In this document: one piece after another, positions 20,641-30,832 of the stretch
Layout: every line of letters begins with the position of its first letter
Numbering within the stretch: position 1 is the first letter of the stretch
From: an uncultured virus (IMG/VR IMGVR_UViG_3300008050_000020)
Taxonomy: Duplodnaviria; Heunggongvirae; Uroviricota; Caudoviricetes
Reading direction: 5' to 3' (one strand)
IMG/VR virus record: IMGVR_UViG_3300008050_000020
DNA: 64,000 nt
Position numbers and translations under genes: made by a program
Notes under the pieces: model-generated
What the model was told of the DNA's origin: nothing
The model's database searches: none
Seen by the model: only the letters and a program-made list of their open reading frames with translations

Positions 20641-22716
20641 ATGGCGCGAAAGTCCGACAATCTGTTTCAGCGGCTAACGCATCTCTTTAGGAGTGGGCCC
20701 GTCATTAAGCGACGGGTCAAGGCCTTTAAGCAGAATGATGTCTCGACGGCACATGAGGTTTTCAAGAAGACCCTCAGTCACGTCTACAGCTCTGCTATGT
20801 CTGCGTATGGCACGTACGACAGAATGGCAAGGTACTCCGACTACAGCGAGATGGAGTACACGCCTGAGATTGCGTCTGCTCTTGACATCTACGCTGAAGA
20901 GACTTCGAGTGCAGATGACAAGGGTCGGGCACTTCACGTGTACTCCGAGAACAGGCAGATCAAGCAGATTCTGCACGACCTCTTCTACGACACCCTTAAC
21001 GTGGAGTTCAATCTGACTCCTTGGGTGCGTGACCTGGTCAAGTACGGTGATCTCTTCCTGTTCAACGACGTCTCAACACAGTACGGCGTCCAGAACGTTT
21101 TCCCGATCGCTGTGAATGAGATCGAGCGTGAAGAAGGATTTGATCCCCAGGATCCTCTCGCTGTCCGATTCCGATGGGTTACACAGGGAAACCAGATTCT
21201 TGAGAACTGGCAGGTAACCCACATGCGTCTAATGGGTAACGACGCATTCATGCCTTACGGCTCGTCAGTTCTTGAGTCTGCACGTCGTATCTGGCGCCAG
21301 CTTATTCTCATTGAAGATGCGATGCTGGTCTACCGCGTCGTCCGGTCTCCTGAGCGTCGCGTTTTCTACATCGATGTTGGTAACGTCCCGCCCGAGGATG
21401 TTCCGAACTACATGGAGCAGGCTCGCGGAATCCTTCGAAGCAATCAGGTCATCGACCAAGGCTCAGGGCGAGTCGATCTTCGGTACAACCCGCTAAGCGT
21501 TGACGAAGACTACTTCATTCCCATTCGTGGCCTCGAGACAGGAACCAAGATTGAGACTCTTGCGGGTGGTACCAACGTCACAGCCATTGAGGACGTCGAG
21601 TACATTCAGAAGAAGCTATTCTCGGCACTCAAGGTCCCGAAGGCTTACCTGGGTTATGATGAATCCCTCGGGTCCAAGGCAACACTCTCCCAGGAAGACA
21701 TTCGATTCTCTCGTACGATTGCTCGTATCCAGCGAACGATTCTCTCAGAGCTCAACAAGCTTGCCATCATTCACCTCTTTTGTCACGGTTTTGAGGGCGA
21801 AGACCTTCTCGACTTTGAGCTGAAGCTCTCGAACCCGTCTACAATCGCTCAGCAGCAGAAGCTTGAGCTTCATCGTATGCGATTTGACATTGCTGCGGCG
21901 GCACCCGAAGGAATTGTCGACAAGTATTGGATTCGCAAGAATATCATGGGCTTGACAGATGATGAGATCGATCGAATCGAGCGAGGCCGCGCCGAAGATA
22001 AGCAAATCGATATGGAGCTCGAGCAGCTCGGTGTTCCTGATGGAGAACTCGGCGGGGGCGGCGGAGGTGGTGGCTTCGGCGGAGGTGGCGGTGGAGGAGG
22101 TCTCGGATTGCCCGACCTCGACCTCGGCGAAGAAGGTGAGGAAGATGATCTCCCGGGCCTGGATGGTGAAGACAGTGCTGATGGCGGAGACGACGAAGAG
22201 CCCAAGGACCTTGATGCTGGCCAGTCCCGTCGAGCTGGAGGACTTCTTTCAAGTCTCGAAGAGGCAGATGACGATGATGACGATGAACGCTTCAAGCTAT
22301 CTCTCAATGATGACGATGCTCCAGTTAAGGCACAGAGTCTGATTGACAAGACTCTTCGGAATCGCCGACGCCAGCGCCACAACGGATCAGAGGCTCTTGC
22401 AATGCCTGATCTGAAGAGAATGGCAAGCCACGATCGCCTAGGCGACTCTATCAATGATCCCTTCGATAAGGGACGTCTCACGGGAGACCCCTTCAAAGAA
22501 GCAGCTGAGCTTGATCCTCTGGAACACTTCCTCGAGCAGGGAATCAAGTCGCAGGCTCATATGACAACGAGACTTCGGTCGACGTTAAGTTCGCTGGGCT
22601 CGAAGATAGGTAAGACAAGGACTCCAACCCTGATCTCCGAAGCGGAAGCACCGGAAGGGATCATCGATCTTGAGATCGAGGGCGTAACCCTCCTGGGAGA
22701 AAGCACTGATGGCTAA
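20641..22716 (+). CDS. gp20: Portal vertex protein (T4 gp20-like) with long acidic/Gly-rich C-terminal extension
   Basis: EDAMLVYRVVRSPERRVFYIDVGN, EDYFIP, TKIETLAGG, KKLFSALKVP, EDIRFSRTI are gp20-family motifs. Confidence 0.95.
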   Translation: MARKSDNLFQRLTHLFRSGPVIKRRVKAFKQNDVSTAHEVFKKTLSHVYSSAMSAYGTYDRMARYSDYSEMEYTPEIASALDIYAEETSSADDKGRALHVYSENRQIKQILHDLFYDTLNVEFNLTPWVRDLVKYGDLFLFNDVSTQYGVQNVFPIAVNEIEREEGFDPQDPLAVRFRWVTQGNQILENWQVTHMRLMGNDAFMPYGSSVLESARRIWRQLILIEDAMLVYRVVRSPERRVFYIDVGNVPPEDVPNYMEQARGILRSNQVIDQGSGRVDLRYNPLSVDEDYFIPIRGLETGTKIETLAGGTNVTAIEDVEYIQKKLFSALKVPKAYLGYDESLGSKATLSQEDIRFSRTIARIQRTILSELNKLAIIHLFCHGFEGEDLLDFELKLSNPSTIAQQQKLELHRMRFDIAAAAPEGIVDKYWIRKNIMGLTDDEIDRIERGRAEDKQIDMELEQLGVPDGELGGGGGGGGFGGGGGGGGLGLPDLDLGEEGEEDDLPGLDGEDSADGGDDEEPKDLDAGQSRRAGGLLSSLEEADDDDDDERFKLSLNDDDAPVKAQSLIDKTLRNRRRQRHNGSEALAMPDLKRMASHDRLGDSINDPFDKGRLTGDPFKEAAELDPLEHFLEQGIKSQAHMTTRLRSTLSSLGSKIGKTRTPTLISEAEAPEGIIDLEIEGVTLLGESTDG

Positions 22717-23560
22717 GGCCCACAATAAGAAGCGCAACGTCGGAATCGTCTATGAGCAGCTTCTCCGGTACATTTCCCGGGGAGTTGTTGATGATGATCG
22801 AAATGCGGTGCGACGCGGATCAGCAATCATCAAGCGGCACTTCAAGCCAGGAACTGAGCTCTATCGAGAGTTCCGGCTCTTCAATGCTCTTGTGAAGACA
22901 CAGGCAAGCTCTGTGACTGTTGCCAAAACAATCATCTCAGAGGCACGGCAGGTCGCTCGTGTGTCCAACGCTGCTGCACTTGATCGTGAAAAGTCAATGC
23001 TCATTCGTAGCATTAACCACGAACTAGCAGATTCAAAGTTCTATCACCAGCGAATTCCCGAGTACAAGATGCTCGCCACAATTCAGACTCTTCTGAATGA
23101 CTGGCGCGGCGGAGACTCAGCTGATATTGCTCGTCTTGCTGAGTTCGAGATGAAGGTCAACGGCTGGCTTCTCCAGGAAAAGGTTGAGCCAGATCTTGCT
23201 GAACTGGGCAAGACAGATTCGGACGGCCTTGTAGTTCGTATCATGTCTGAGAAGCTGAACGACCGATATAACGAGGGTCTCAATCCCGAGCAGAAGGAAA
23301 TTGTTCGGTCATACACTCTGATGAGTACACCAGCTGATAAGAACTCTCTGGTTGGGTACCTGAAGGCTATCCGGGAAGGAGTTCTTGAAGAGCTTGAAAG
23401 CTATCTGGGTGATGCTGGGAATCAGGTGCTGAATGAGAAGGCAGACCGCGTGAGGCGAGACATTGAAAGCCTCGCCGTCGAATCTCTCAATGATGAAACA
23501 ATTACTCGCTTCATGACAATCTCGCAGCTTCGCGCTGAGCTCAAGGAGACCGACCGATGA
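22709..23560 (+). CDS. Hypothetical head-module protein
   Basis: 283-aa ORF overlapping the portal stop and the protease start. N-terminus HNKKRNVGIVYEQL. Confidence 0.75.
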   Translation: MAKAHNKKRNVGIVYEQLLRYISRGVVDDDRNAVRRGSAIIKRHFKPGTELYREFRLFNALVKTQASSVTVAKTIISEARQVARVSNAAALDREKSMLIRSINHELADSKFYHQRIPEYKMLATIQTLLNDWRGGDSADIARLAEFEMKVNGWLLQEKVEPDLAELGKTDSDGLVVRIMSEKLNDRYNEGLNPEQKEIVRSYTLMSTPADKNSLVGYLKAIREGVLEELESYLGDAGNQVLNEKADRVRRDIESLAVESLNDETITRFMTISQLRAELKETDR

Positions 23561-24171
23561 GTGCACAGCACCTACTCCACTCGTGGACACCCTTCGATAT
23601 CAACACTGAGATGATTCGGGAGTCTCGAGAGTCTCATGATGGAAAGATCATTCTTCGTGGGATTCTGCAGAAGGCAGACACTCTCAATCAGAATGGACGT
23701 GTCTATCCCAAGGCAATTCTTGAGCGCGAAGTTCGGAACTACCAGAAGTTCATTCGCGAGCGTAGAGCCCTGGGAGAGTGTGATCACCCTGAGAGCTCAG
23801 TCGTAGAGCTCAAGAATACCTCACATCTCATCGTCAAGGCGTGGATGGAAGGCAATGATGTCTACGGTGACGTCGAGCTTCTCAACACACCCGCAGGGAA
23901 GATTCTCCAGAGCCTTGTCGAGTCCGGTGTAACACTTGGCATTTCTTCCCGAGGTGTGGGCTCAACCCGTCGGGATGGTGACCGCCAGGTCGTCCAGGAA
24001 GATTTCCAGCTCATTTGCTGGGACTTTGTTAGTGAGCCTTCAACTCCTGGCGCATTCATGATGCGTGAAGGGAGAGAGATTACACCTCGAGAGGCTAAGG
24101 CTCTTAAGCAGCAATTCCGAAAGAGTGACCGAGTAGATCGACTCTTCAACGACATTTTGGGCTGGAACTAA
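23557..24171 (+). CDS. gp21: Prohead core protease (T4 gp21-like)
   Basis: NQNGRVYP, ALGECDHP, GISSRGVGS, DFVSEPSTPGAF. Confidence 0.95.
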   Translation: MSAQHLLHSWTPFDINTEMIRESRESHDGKIILRGILQKADTLNQNGRVYPKAILEREVRNYQKFIRERRALGECDHPESSVVELKNTSHLIVKAWMEGNDVYGDVELLNTPAGKILQSLVESGVTLGISSRGVGSTRRDGDRQVVQEDFQLICWDFVSEPSTPGAFMMREGREITPREAKALKQQFRKSDRVDRLFNDILGWN

Positions 24172-24671
24172 TGGCGAAGATGACACGAGGTACTCTGAAA
24201 GGCCTCGTCAAGGAATGCTTGATTGAAATTCTTGCAGAAGGGATTGCAAGTTCACCTGCAGCTTTGACTGAGTCTGTAGAATCTCGTGTTGCAATGCGAG
24301 GTCCGAGCTTGGGCACAAATGAAGCACTGCTCCATCGTCCCCGTTCCGCAGCTCTTGATACACCCCGACAGATTCCGAATCCCAATTTTGACAGAAACGT
24401 AGAAACAGCCGTCAATCAGATCACGTCAGATCCAATCTTGCAAGAGATTCTTTCTGACACAGCACGTGGGTCTCTTCAGAATCTGGGTGCACAAGACTCA
24501 GCTCTGGGAAGTAATGCCCTCGCAGGACCCGGAGGACAGGCTTCGCCAACATCTGGTCCGACCATGAACGGTGATCCTTCTCGTGTATTTGATCAGATTG
24601 CTCCAGGCTCGTCAGAGAAGTGGGCTCACCTGGCCTTTGCATCTAAGAAGAATCATCTGCCAGGTCAGTAA
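24171..24671 (+). CDS. Hypothetical head-module protein with leader-like N-terminus
   Basis: MAKMTRGTLKGLVKECLIEILAE N-terminus. Translationally coupled to the protease. C-terminal WAHLAF resembles the scaffold end WAQLAG. Confidence 0.7.
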   Translation: MAKMTRGTLKGLVKECLIEILAEGIASSPAALTESVESRVAMRGPSLGTNEALLHRPRSAALDTPRQIPNPNFDRNVETAVNQITSDPILQEILSDTARGSLQNLGAQDSALGSNALAGPGGQASPTSGPTMNGDPSRVFDQIAPGSSEKWAHLAFASKKNHLPGQ

Positions 24672-24724
24672 GGCAGAAGCCCAGTCAACCGCATACATAC
24701 TACTGTCACGACTACCGTCCGGAG

Positions 24725-25012
24725 ATGACGACAATGGCTAACCGAAAGCTCACCCCCGCACTCCTCAAGCAGATCATTCTTGAAGAAGCATCCAAGTTGG
24801 ATGCAGACAAGAAGAAGCATGAGAAGGAACTCGTCGCTGTCGCAGCAAAGACCAAGGAAGTCGATGCTGATGAGTACGCCGACACTCTTGAGAAGGAGAT
24901 CGACCACGCGGCCGCTCTCAAGGTCAAGGAGGCAGTTCTTCGCTCGAAGCTTCGCAAGGTGCAGGAAGCTGCTAAGGCTTCCAAGAAGCGCATTCGTTCG
25001 CTTCGCTCCTAA
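24725..25012 (+). CDS. Small coiled-coil protein with leader-like motif
   Basis: RKLTPALLKQIILEEA. CATACATA motif upstream at 24692. Start could be the second Met (24734). Confidence 0.7.
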   Translation: MTTMANRKLTPALLKQIILEEASKLDADKKKHEKELVAVAAKTKEVDADEYADTLEKEIDHAAALKVKEAVLRSKLRKVQEAAKASKKRIRSLRS

Positions 25013-25051
25013 GAGCACCCTTCTGTCTGCTAACCCCTATCTGAGGTAACA

Positions 25052-25525
25052 ATGCCCACTCATAAGCAGATCACTGTAGAAGCAGTCTCGACTGAGCGAG
25101 CTAACGGCTCCTCGGATACTGCCACAATGCAGGCTTTGTTTCCGGCGTCGCCCATTCATGCGGGTGAGTTGACAGATTCTGTTGTTCATGATCAGGGAAA
25201 TGACCTGCTCATCACCAACGGTGTCAACGACAGCGGACACACATTCGGTACGTTTGATCGTGACTTTAGCGATGCACCGAATCTTGAAGATGTCAAGACA
25301 GGCGGCGGCGGACTACCAGGCAGTCCTTATGCTCCTGCTCCCGGCTCTCCTGGGCCGGGCAGCATGCTTGCAACAGACATCCCCGAGCCGCCCGCCGAGT
25401 GGCCAGCAGATCCTGGCACAGAGTATGGCTCTGGTGAGGGTGGACTCGTTTCGCCTTCTTCGACATCAAAGGTTGTTGCCAAGCAGACCATCGGCGACTA
25501 CCTGTTCGGTAAGAGCAGCTCCTGA
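25052..25525 (+). CDS. Hypothetical Gly/Pro-rich protein
   Basis: SD GAGGT upstream. 157 aa, lies in the head module. Confidence 0.7.
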   Translation: MPTHKQITVEAVSTERANGSSDTATMQALFPASPIHAGELTDSVVHDQGNDLLITNGVNDSGHTFGTFDRDFSDAPNLEDVKTGGGGLPGSPYAPAPGSPGPGSMLATDIPEPPAEWPADPGTEYGSGEGGLVSPSSTSKVVAKQTIGDYLFGKSSS

Positions 25526-25537
25526 TAGGAGGTTCTC

Positions 25538-26194
25538 TTGAGCCGTTTGGTTGAGTTTTACCGACGTAGGGCCTTGCTCGAGTTCACCGGAGGCACAGCC
25601 TCTAAAGATGCTCGAGTTGGCATGGGTTACGGCCGAGCTTCGACGCCGACTGGCGTCGGCGGCGAGTATTCTGCATCCGGCGAGTTTCCGTATACGGAAG
25701 AACCAACCGAACTCGACGACGCCGTTGAGACAGAAGATCTCTGGGCAGACGAAGCATCAGAAGATGTCTTCCTGAAGAAGACGGGCCACAGGTCTCATCG
25801 CAACTCTGGCAATCATGCTGACAGAGGAAGTCTCGCGCACACATCTCAGCGGGGCCTTGGCGAAGCGCAGACTACGTCGCCCATGACGGGCATCTATAGA
25901 ACGGCAGCAGGCTCGGGCGGAAACGAGCATAAGCCCGTATCCCAGTTCAACACTGGCGCAGACCGAACAACAAAGATCGGTTCGAAAGCAGGCTGGTTTG
26001 GTGCACCGCCCCCGATGGTATCAGATGTAACACCTCCAGCCTACCGGCTTGAGGATGTGCCCACATCTGCTGAGCGTTCTTTAGAGAAGGCCCAAAACAC
26101 GCACTTGTCCCTGACGAGAGACTATGAACAGTCTTTCCTGTCTGGAGAGGATTCGGACGAAGAAGAAGTCACAGAGACTGAATTCGGCTGGTAA
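25538..26194 (+). CDS. Hypothetical protein
   Basis: TTG start with strong SD AGGAGG. Acidic and Gly-rich. Confidence 0.65.
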   Translation: MSRLVEFYRRRALLEFTGGTASKDARVGMGYGRASTPTGVGGEYSASGEFPYTEEPTELDDAVETEDLWADEASEDVFLKKTGHRSHRNSGNHADRGSLAHTSQRGLGEAQTTSPMTGIYRTAAGSGGNEHKPVSQFNTGADRTTKIGSKAGWFGAPPPMVSDVTPPAYRLEDVPTSAERSLEKAQNTHLSLTRDYEQSFLSGEDSDEEEVTETEFGW

Positions 26195-26246
26195 CCTTTG
26201 TTGTTGAGACGCATACGTAACCCACGTGGAGTAGGAACCAAGTAAC

Positions 26247-27977
26247 ATGTCAACGAGCCTTTACCAAGAAGCAATTCTCGAGGCTCAGCAGCTCCGCAAG
26301 GCTGCTGAGGACAATGCTACTCGGGCAGTCGTCGAGGCCATCTCGCCTCGCATTCGTGCACTCATCGAGCGCCAGATTCTCTCTGAGGATCCCGTAGGTG
26401 CTGAGGACGATATTCTGCTCGGCGCAATGGGAGACCTCGAAGGAGGCCTCGATGGTGACGTTGCAGGTGATCCTGCAGGCGTTTCTCTCCCTGATGAAGC
26501 AGGCAAGGTCACCCTCGACCTCGATTCACTAACTACCGACGATGTCCTCAATGACGATCTCGCTGGTGGCGTTGGACCCGGAACTCCTCCCGGTCTCGAG
26601 GCAGAAGGAAGCGACGAGCTACTTCTTAACATGGAATCAGCACGTGCGCTCATGACGTTGAGAGAGGCAAAGAAGCCTTCTTCCGTCAATGAAGCTCAGT
26701 CACGTATGCGACGTATCCGTCACAGCCTTGGTTTTGGGGCTCACCTCATCGAGTCAGACATTGGCCGCGAGACCCGCAGCCTTGGTCTTCTTGGACGCCT
26801 GTGCGACAAGATGCTCTTTGAGATGGGAATCCTCGAAGAGGGAGTGATAGGTATTGTGGGAACGAGGTCCAACGGCCTCGACTCCGAGATCAAGTCACTT
26901 CGTAAGGAGATCATGGAGATGGCCACACGCAAGCGGCTCACAGAAATGGACGTCATGCTGAAGCTCGCGCTTCCTGATGATGTTGAACTAGATTTGGCCG
27001 ACCTCGATGTCGAAGTTCTCCCCGGTGAGGGTGAGGGCGACCTCGAGATGGTTGATGATGAAGGTGGCGAGGACCTCGACTTCGGTGGTGAAGAAGAGGA
27101 GCTCGACGTCGACGTTGATGATGAAGAAGGCGAGATGGAGCTGGAAGCAGACGACATGGGTCTAAATGAAGAGGACCTGATGCTCAAGCTCACAGGTCTC
27201 CCCGAAGATGATTTCGACCTTTCTGCTCTAGACATTGAGGTTGTTTCAGACGACCTTGATGGCGAGGGTGAGGAAGGAATGGACACTGAACTTGACCTCG
27301 GTGACGAGGGAGGAGAGGAAGACATGGCAGACATGGACGTCTCTGGTCTCGCTGATGACGAGGTCGTTGAGATTGATGAGGGAATGCTCAAGAGGGAGCT
27401 GGCGCGTATGCGTCGGGTCGCTGAGGGCGCCGCAGATGATCCCAAGGTCCTAGACGATTTCGGTGGTGCAGCCAAGGAGCGTGAGGCATTCGTTGATTCC
27501 AGCGATTCTGACCTCAACAAGCACGACGCTGTAGGCACCGTTAAGGTTGAGGCTAGAGTCCTCAACAAGCTGAAGAATGAGAGCCGACAGAATCGAGCTC
27601 TTCGCAAGCAGGTAGCTGAGCTGCAGGAAGCAGTCGACAAGCTCAGCAAGCAACTCAACGAACAGAACTTGTTCAATGCCAAGCTCCTCTACGTGAATAG
27701 GCTGGTACACTCCAAGGCACTCTCTGAGGGACAGATCAAGTCCATCGTCGAGTCCCTGGACAATGCCAAGACTCTACGTGAGGTCAAGTTGCTGTACAAG
27801 GGCTTCACTGATTCCCTCGGTGGGAAGCGGAGCAAGAAGTCTGGATCCCTGACTGAGACTGCACATCGATCCGCTGGTGGTTCATCCCGTCGTCGCGGCT
27901 CTGCTTCGAGCTCTGCTCGCGGTGGCTCCACAACAGACAGGTGGGCACAGCTCGCTGGTATTCCTTCCAACGACTAA
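26247..27977 (+). CDS. Prohead core/scaffolding protein (gp22-like)
   Basis: Immediately upstream of the major capsid gene. Very acidic middle with many L-x-E sites, coiled coil, NLFNAKLLYVN...ESLDNAKTLREVKLLY, C-terminal RWAQLAGI. Confidence 0.8.
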   Translation: MSTSLYQEAILEAQQLRKAAEDNATRAVVEAISPRIRALIERQILSEDPVGAEDDILLGAMGDLEGGLDGDVAGDPAGVSLPDEAGKVTLDLDSLTTDDVLNDDLAGGVGPGTPPGLEAEGSDELLLNMESARALMTLREAKKPSSVNEAQSRMRRIRHSLGFGAHLIESDIGRETRSLGLLGRLCDKMLFEMGILEEGVIGIVGTRSNGLDSEIKSLRKEIMEMATRKRLTEMDVMLKLALPDDVELDLADLDVEVLPGEGEGDLEMVDDEGGEDLDFGGEEEELDVDVDDEEGEMELEADDMGLNEEDLMLKLTGLPEDDFDLSALDIEVVSDDLDGEGEEGMDTELDLGDEGGEEDMADMDVSGLADDEVVEIDEGMLKRELARMRRVAEGAADDPKVLDDFGGAAKEREAFVDSSDSDLNKHDAVGTVKVEARVLNKLKNESRQNRALRKQVAELQEAVDKLSKQLNEQNLFNAKLLYVNRLVHSKALSEGQIKSIVESLDNAKTLREVKLLYKGFTDSLGGKRSKKSGSLTETAHRSAGGSSRRRGSASSSARGGSTTDRWAQLAGIPSND

Positions 27978-28037
27978 CCAACGGGTCTCGCGAAGAGAAC
28001 TCAAAATTTCACAGATTCTGTGAGGAGAAAAAACATC

Positions 28038-29945
28038 ATGGGTAAGAACTTCACCCTTGGACAGCTCACTGAGGGCATTCGCGAGCGTCACCTCGCTCGC
28101 GAGTCCAACGCTCTCGTTGAGAAGTGGAGCCGTACTGGTCTCCTGCGTGGTCTCGAGAAGACCAAGCGCGAGAACATGGCACGCATGCTCGAGAACCAGG
28201 CAATGCAGCTTCTGCGAGAGACTTCGTCTCTTAGCACTGGCGGCGGAGCAGGCTCCAGCAGCGGCGACATCCGCGGTTTCAGCAACATTGCATTCCCAAT
28301 CGTTCGTCGAGTCTTCGGTGGCCTTGTTGCCAACGAGCTGGTGTCGATTCAGCCGATGAGCCTGCCTTCTGGCCTGCTCTTCTACCTGGACTACACTTAC
28401 GGTACTCGCGTCGGTGGTGACGCTAACCTCCAGACTGGCGCCGCTGGTGCAGCTGGTGCCGAGACCTACGACGTTGGTCAGTCCATCTACAACAGCCCGG
28501 TTGGCAAGGGCATTCGCTCTGGTTCGCTGGCCGCCGGCGGTCAGTACGACCTCGTTGGTACTTCCTACACCAAGATCCACAGCACGTCCGTTCTAACGGC
28601 CGGTCTCATCGTGGCTTCTGGTGCTTGGGCAGGTGGCGCTACTCTCGCAGCCGGTTCGCTGGCCTTCGCGACGGGTACTGATGGACGTCACATGATGTTC
28701 GACCCTCAGATCACCAACCTCATTGAGGTTGATGCTGAGAACAATACTCTGGACTCCACCGGTCGCTTCTCGTTCATGATGATCGACCTGAACGCATTCG
28801 ATGCTAACGTCGACCTGACCATGGTCAAGGACTTCTCGCTCTTCAGCGCGGGTCTCGCTGCCTCCGGTCTGGCTGCTCTTCCTGGTTCCGTCCAGGGTGG
28901 AAGCAACATCGTCAACGTTCGTCGTCTCAACCAGCTCGGTACCTACTCGGGCGGCGTGTTCACTTCGAACCCACACGTTACACGTACCACCGCTAACTCC
29001 GTCCTGATGGCCGTTGTTTCTGGTGCTCACGTTTCGGCTGGAACCACCAACCTCTCGGCTTCCTACGTCGTCGCTGCAGGTCTCGATGTCAATGGTGACG
29101 CTTCGGCACTCACCATCCCGACCTTCGAGTCCGACTTCGCGACTCAGCCGTCTCCTGCAATCCCTGAAATCGACATCAAGATTGAGTCGATTGCCGTGAC
29201 GGCACAGACCCGTAAGCTGCGTGCTCGCTGGTCTCCTGAGCTCGCTCAGGACCTGAACGCTTACCACAGCCTCGACGCTGAGGTGGAGCTCACTCAGATT
29301 CTCTCTGAGCAGGTTGCCCTTGAGATTGACCGAGAGATCCTCGGCGACCTCATTCACGAGGCACAGGGCGCGAACTTCTACTGGAGCCGTGCTCCTGGCA
29401 AGTTCGTCAACAAGGAGACTGGTGCGGAGCAGACCCTGTCGAGCACGCTGGCTACTGGCCCGCAGTTCACTGGTACGGTTCGTGAGTGGTACGAGACTCT
29501 CATCGAGACAATCATCGATGTTGCCAACCAGATCCACCGTAAGACGCTTCGCGGCGCGGCGAACTTCATCGTCACCTCGCCTGATGTCTGCACCATCCTG
29601 GAGGCATCGGTCCTCTACAAGCCTTCCCTGTCGATCGACGGAATGGGCCAGGTTGGCGCGCCGTTCAGCATTGGTGCTGAGGCCGTTGGTACTCTGTCCA
29701 ACCGCTTCACGGTGTACAAGGATCCGTACTTCCCGAGAAACCGAATCCTCGTTGGTTACAAGGGAGGCAGCTACCTGGAGACTGGATACGTCTACGCTCC
29801 GTACGTTCCTCTCATCGTGACCCCGACGATCTTCGCTCCTGAGGACTTCACTCCTCGTAAGGGTGTGATGACTCGGTACGGTAAGAAGATGGTTCGCGCC
29901 GACTTCTACGGTACGGTGACGGTCCTGGACCTGAACATCATCTAA
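28038..29945 (+). CDS. gp23: Major capsid protein (T4 gp23-like)
   Basis: LLRE, AFPIVRRVFG, VSIQPMSLPSGLLFYLD, TRKLRARWSPELAQDLNAYHSLDAEVEL, GYVYAPYVPL, KGVMTRYG. ATG 28038 follows SD GAGGAG. Confidence 0.97.
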   Translation: MGKNFTLGQLTEGIRERHLARESNALVEKWSRTGLLRGLEKTKRENMARMLENQAMQLLRETSSLSTGGGAGSSSGDIRGFSNIAFPIVRRVFGGLVANELVSIQPMSLPSGLLFYLDYTYGTRVGGDANLQTGAAGAAGAETYDVGQSIYNSPVGKGIRSGSLAAGGQYDLVGTSYTKIHSTSVLTAGLIVASGAWAGGATLAAGSLAFATGTDGRHMMFDPQITNLIEVDAENNTLDSTGRFSFMMIDLNAFDANVDLTMVKDFSLFSAGLAASGLAALPGSVQGGSNIVNVRRLNQLGTYSGGVFTSNPHVTRTTANSVLMAVVSGAHVSAGTTNLSASYVVAAGLDVNGDASALTIPTFESDFATQPSPAIPEIDIKIESIAVTAQTRKLRARWSPELAQDLNAYHSLDAEVELTQILSEQVALEIDREILGDLIHEAQGANFYWSRAPGKFVNKETGAEQTLSSTLATGPQFTGTVREWYETLIETIIDVANQIHRKTLRGAANFIVTSPDVCTILEASVLYKPSLSIDGMGQVGAPFSIGAEAVGTLSNRFTVYKDPYFPRNRILVGYKGGSYLETGYVYAPYVPLIVTPTIFAPEDFTPRKGVMTRYGKKMVRADFYGTVTVLDLNII

Positions 29946-29965
29946 GCCCTCTCGGGTGAAGAATG

Positions 29966-29993
29966 AAGGGGAGCTCTTCGGAGCTCCCCTTTT
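29966..29993 (+). terminator. Rho-independent terminator after major capsid gene
   Basis: GGGGAGCTC-TTCG-GAGCTCCCC stem with a C(UUCG)G tetraloop, followed by a T run. Confidence 0.9.
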
Positions 29994-30080
29994 CTGTTTC
30001 TCTGATACTAGTTTCAAACACTTGAAAACTAAAGTTTGTTGAAGTCCTACTTACCTACGCCTTGAAGGAGGGCTTAACTC

Positions 30081-30509
30081 ATGGCTAAGACTACAGTAGA
30101 TTCTCGTGGTGCAGTAACCTCACCAGGCTCTGGCTTTGTTGTGAAGGGTGCTTTTACTCTACACAAGGGTCAGAAGAGCATCGTCACAGCGCTAACTGGC
30201 TCACAGACACTCACTCGCGGTGGTGTTTACACCATTAGCGGTACAGCAAACGCTAGCCTGGTTCTACCAGATCCTGCTGATGTAGCTGGTGCGTTCTTCA
30301 CAATTCGTTCCCTAAGTGCTCACAACCACCAGATGTCAAGCTCGCAGGTCACACAGGACACCTTGACACTAACCGACGGCAACACCCACGGCGCCAGAGC
30401 AGATCTGCAGAATGTCGTCGGTTCGTCTGTTATGATGCAGAGTGATGGTCTAAACTACCTGATCATGGGCAACTCAGGTTCGGTTGTACTCTCGACGCCG
30501 TCTTCCTGA
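30081..30509 (+). CDS. Small virion-type protein (possible capsid decoration)
   Basis: Own late motif (CCTACTTA 30046) and SD AAGGAGG. Beta-rich, S/T/G-rich, directly after the capsid gene. Confidence 0.6.
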   Translation: MAKTTVDSRGAVTSPGSGFVVKGAFTLHKGQKSIVTALTGSQTLTRGGVYTISGTANASLVLPDPADVAGAFFTIRSLSAHNHQMSSSQVTQDTLTLTDGNTHGARADLQNVVGSSVMMQSDGLNYLIMGNSGSVVLSTPSS

Positions 30510-30580
30510 TTTAACCATCGGGTAGCTCTCTTTTGTACCTTGCGTCTCTTCTGTAGAAGAATGAGGCGTGAGGTGCAGTA

Positions 30581-30832
30581 GTGTTCCGTGTAGGTGATAT
30601 CGTTGGGTTTCCTTGGGAGACTACCGACGAAGTAGGCTTGATTGTAGAAGAGTCTGCTGATGTATTTGAAGAGCATGACGACATCGACGAAGTTCTCAAC
30701 GATTGTGGTTTCGCTGTCCCGGTGTCAGTGCCCATATTTGTCGTTCTTTTGAATGGGCATCTTACTCGATGGAGCCCGGGAAATCTAGCACTTATTCGAC
30801 GCCAGACAGATGAGATCAATGAAAGAGGGTGA
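30581..30832 (+). CDS. Small hypothetical protein (SH3/KOW-like GDIV start)
   Basis: GTG start after GAGGTG. MFRVGDIV. Confidence 0.55.
   Translation: MFRVGDIVGFPWETTDEVGLIVEESADVFEEHDDIDEVLNDCGFAVPVSVPIFVVLLNGHLTRWSPGNLALIRRQTDEINERG

Noticed and set aside
22051..22100. GGC/GGT-rich repeat tract
   Set aside because: It encodes a poly-Gly linker in the portal tail and is not an independent DNA repeat.
28593..30017. 474-aa minus-strand ORF opposite the major capsid gene, and similar ones opposite the scaffold, portal and sheaths
   Set aside because: These are shadow ORFs from strong codon bias in highly expressed + strand genes. They show no protein-like motifs or expression signals.
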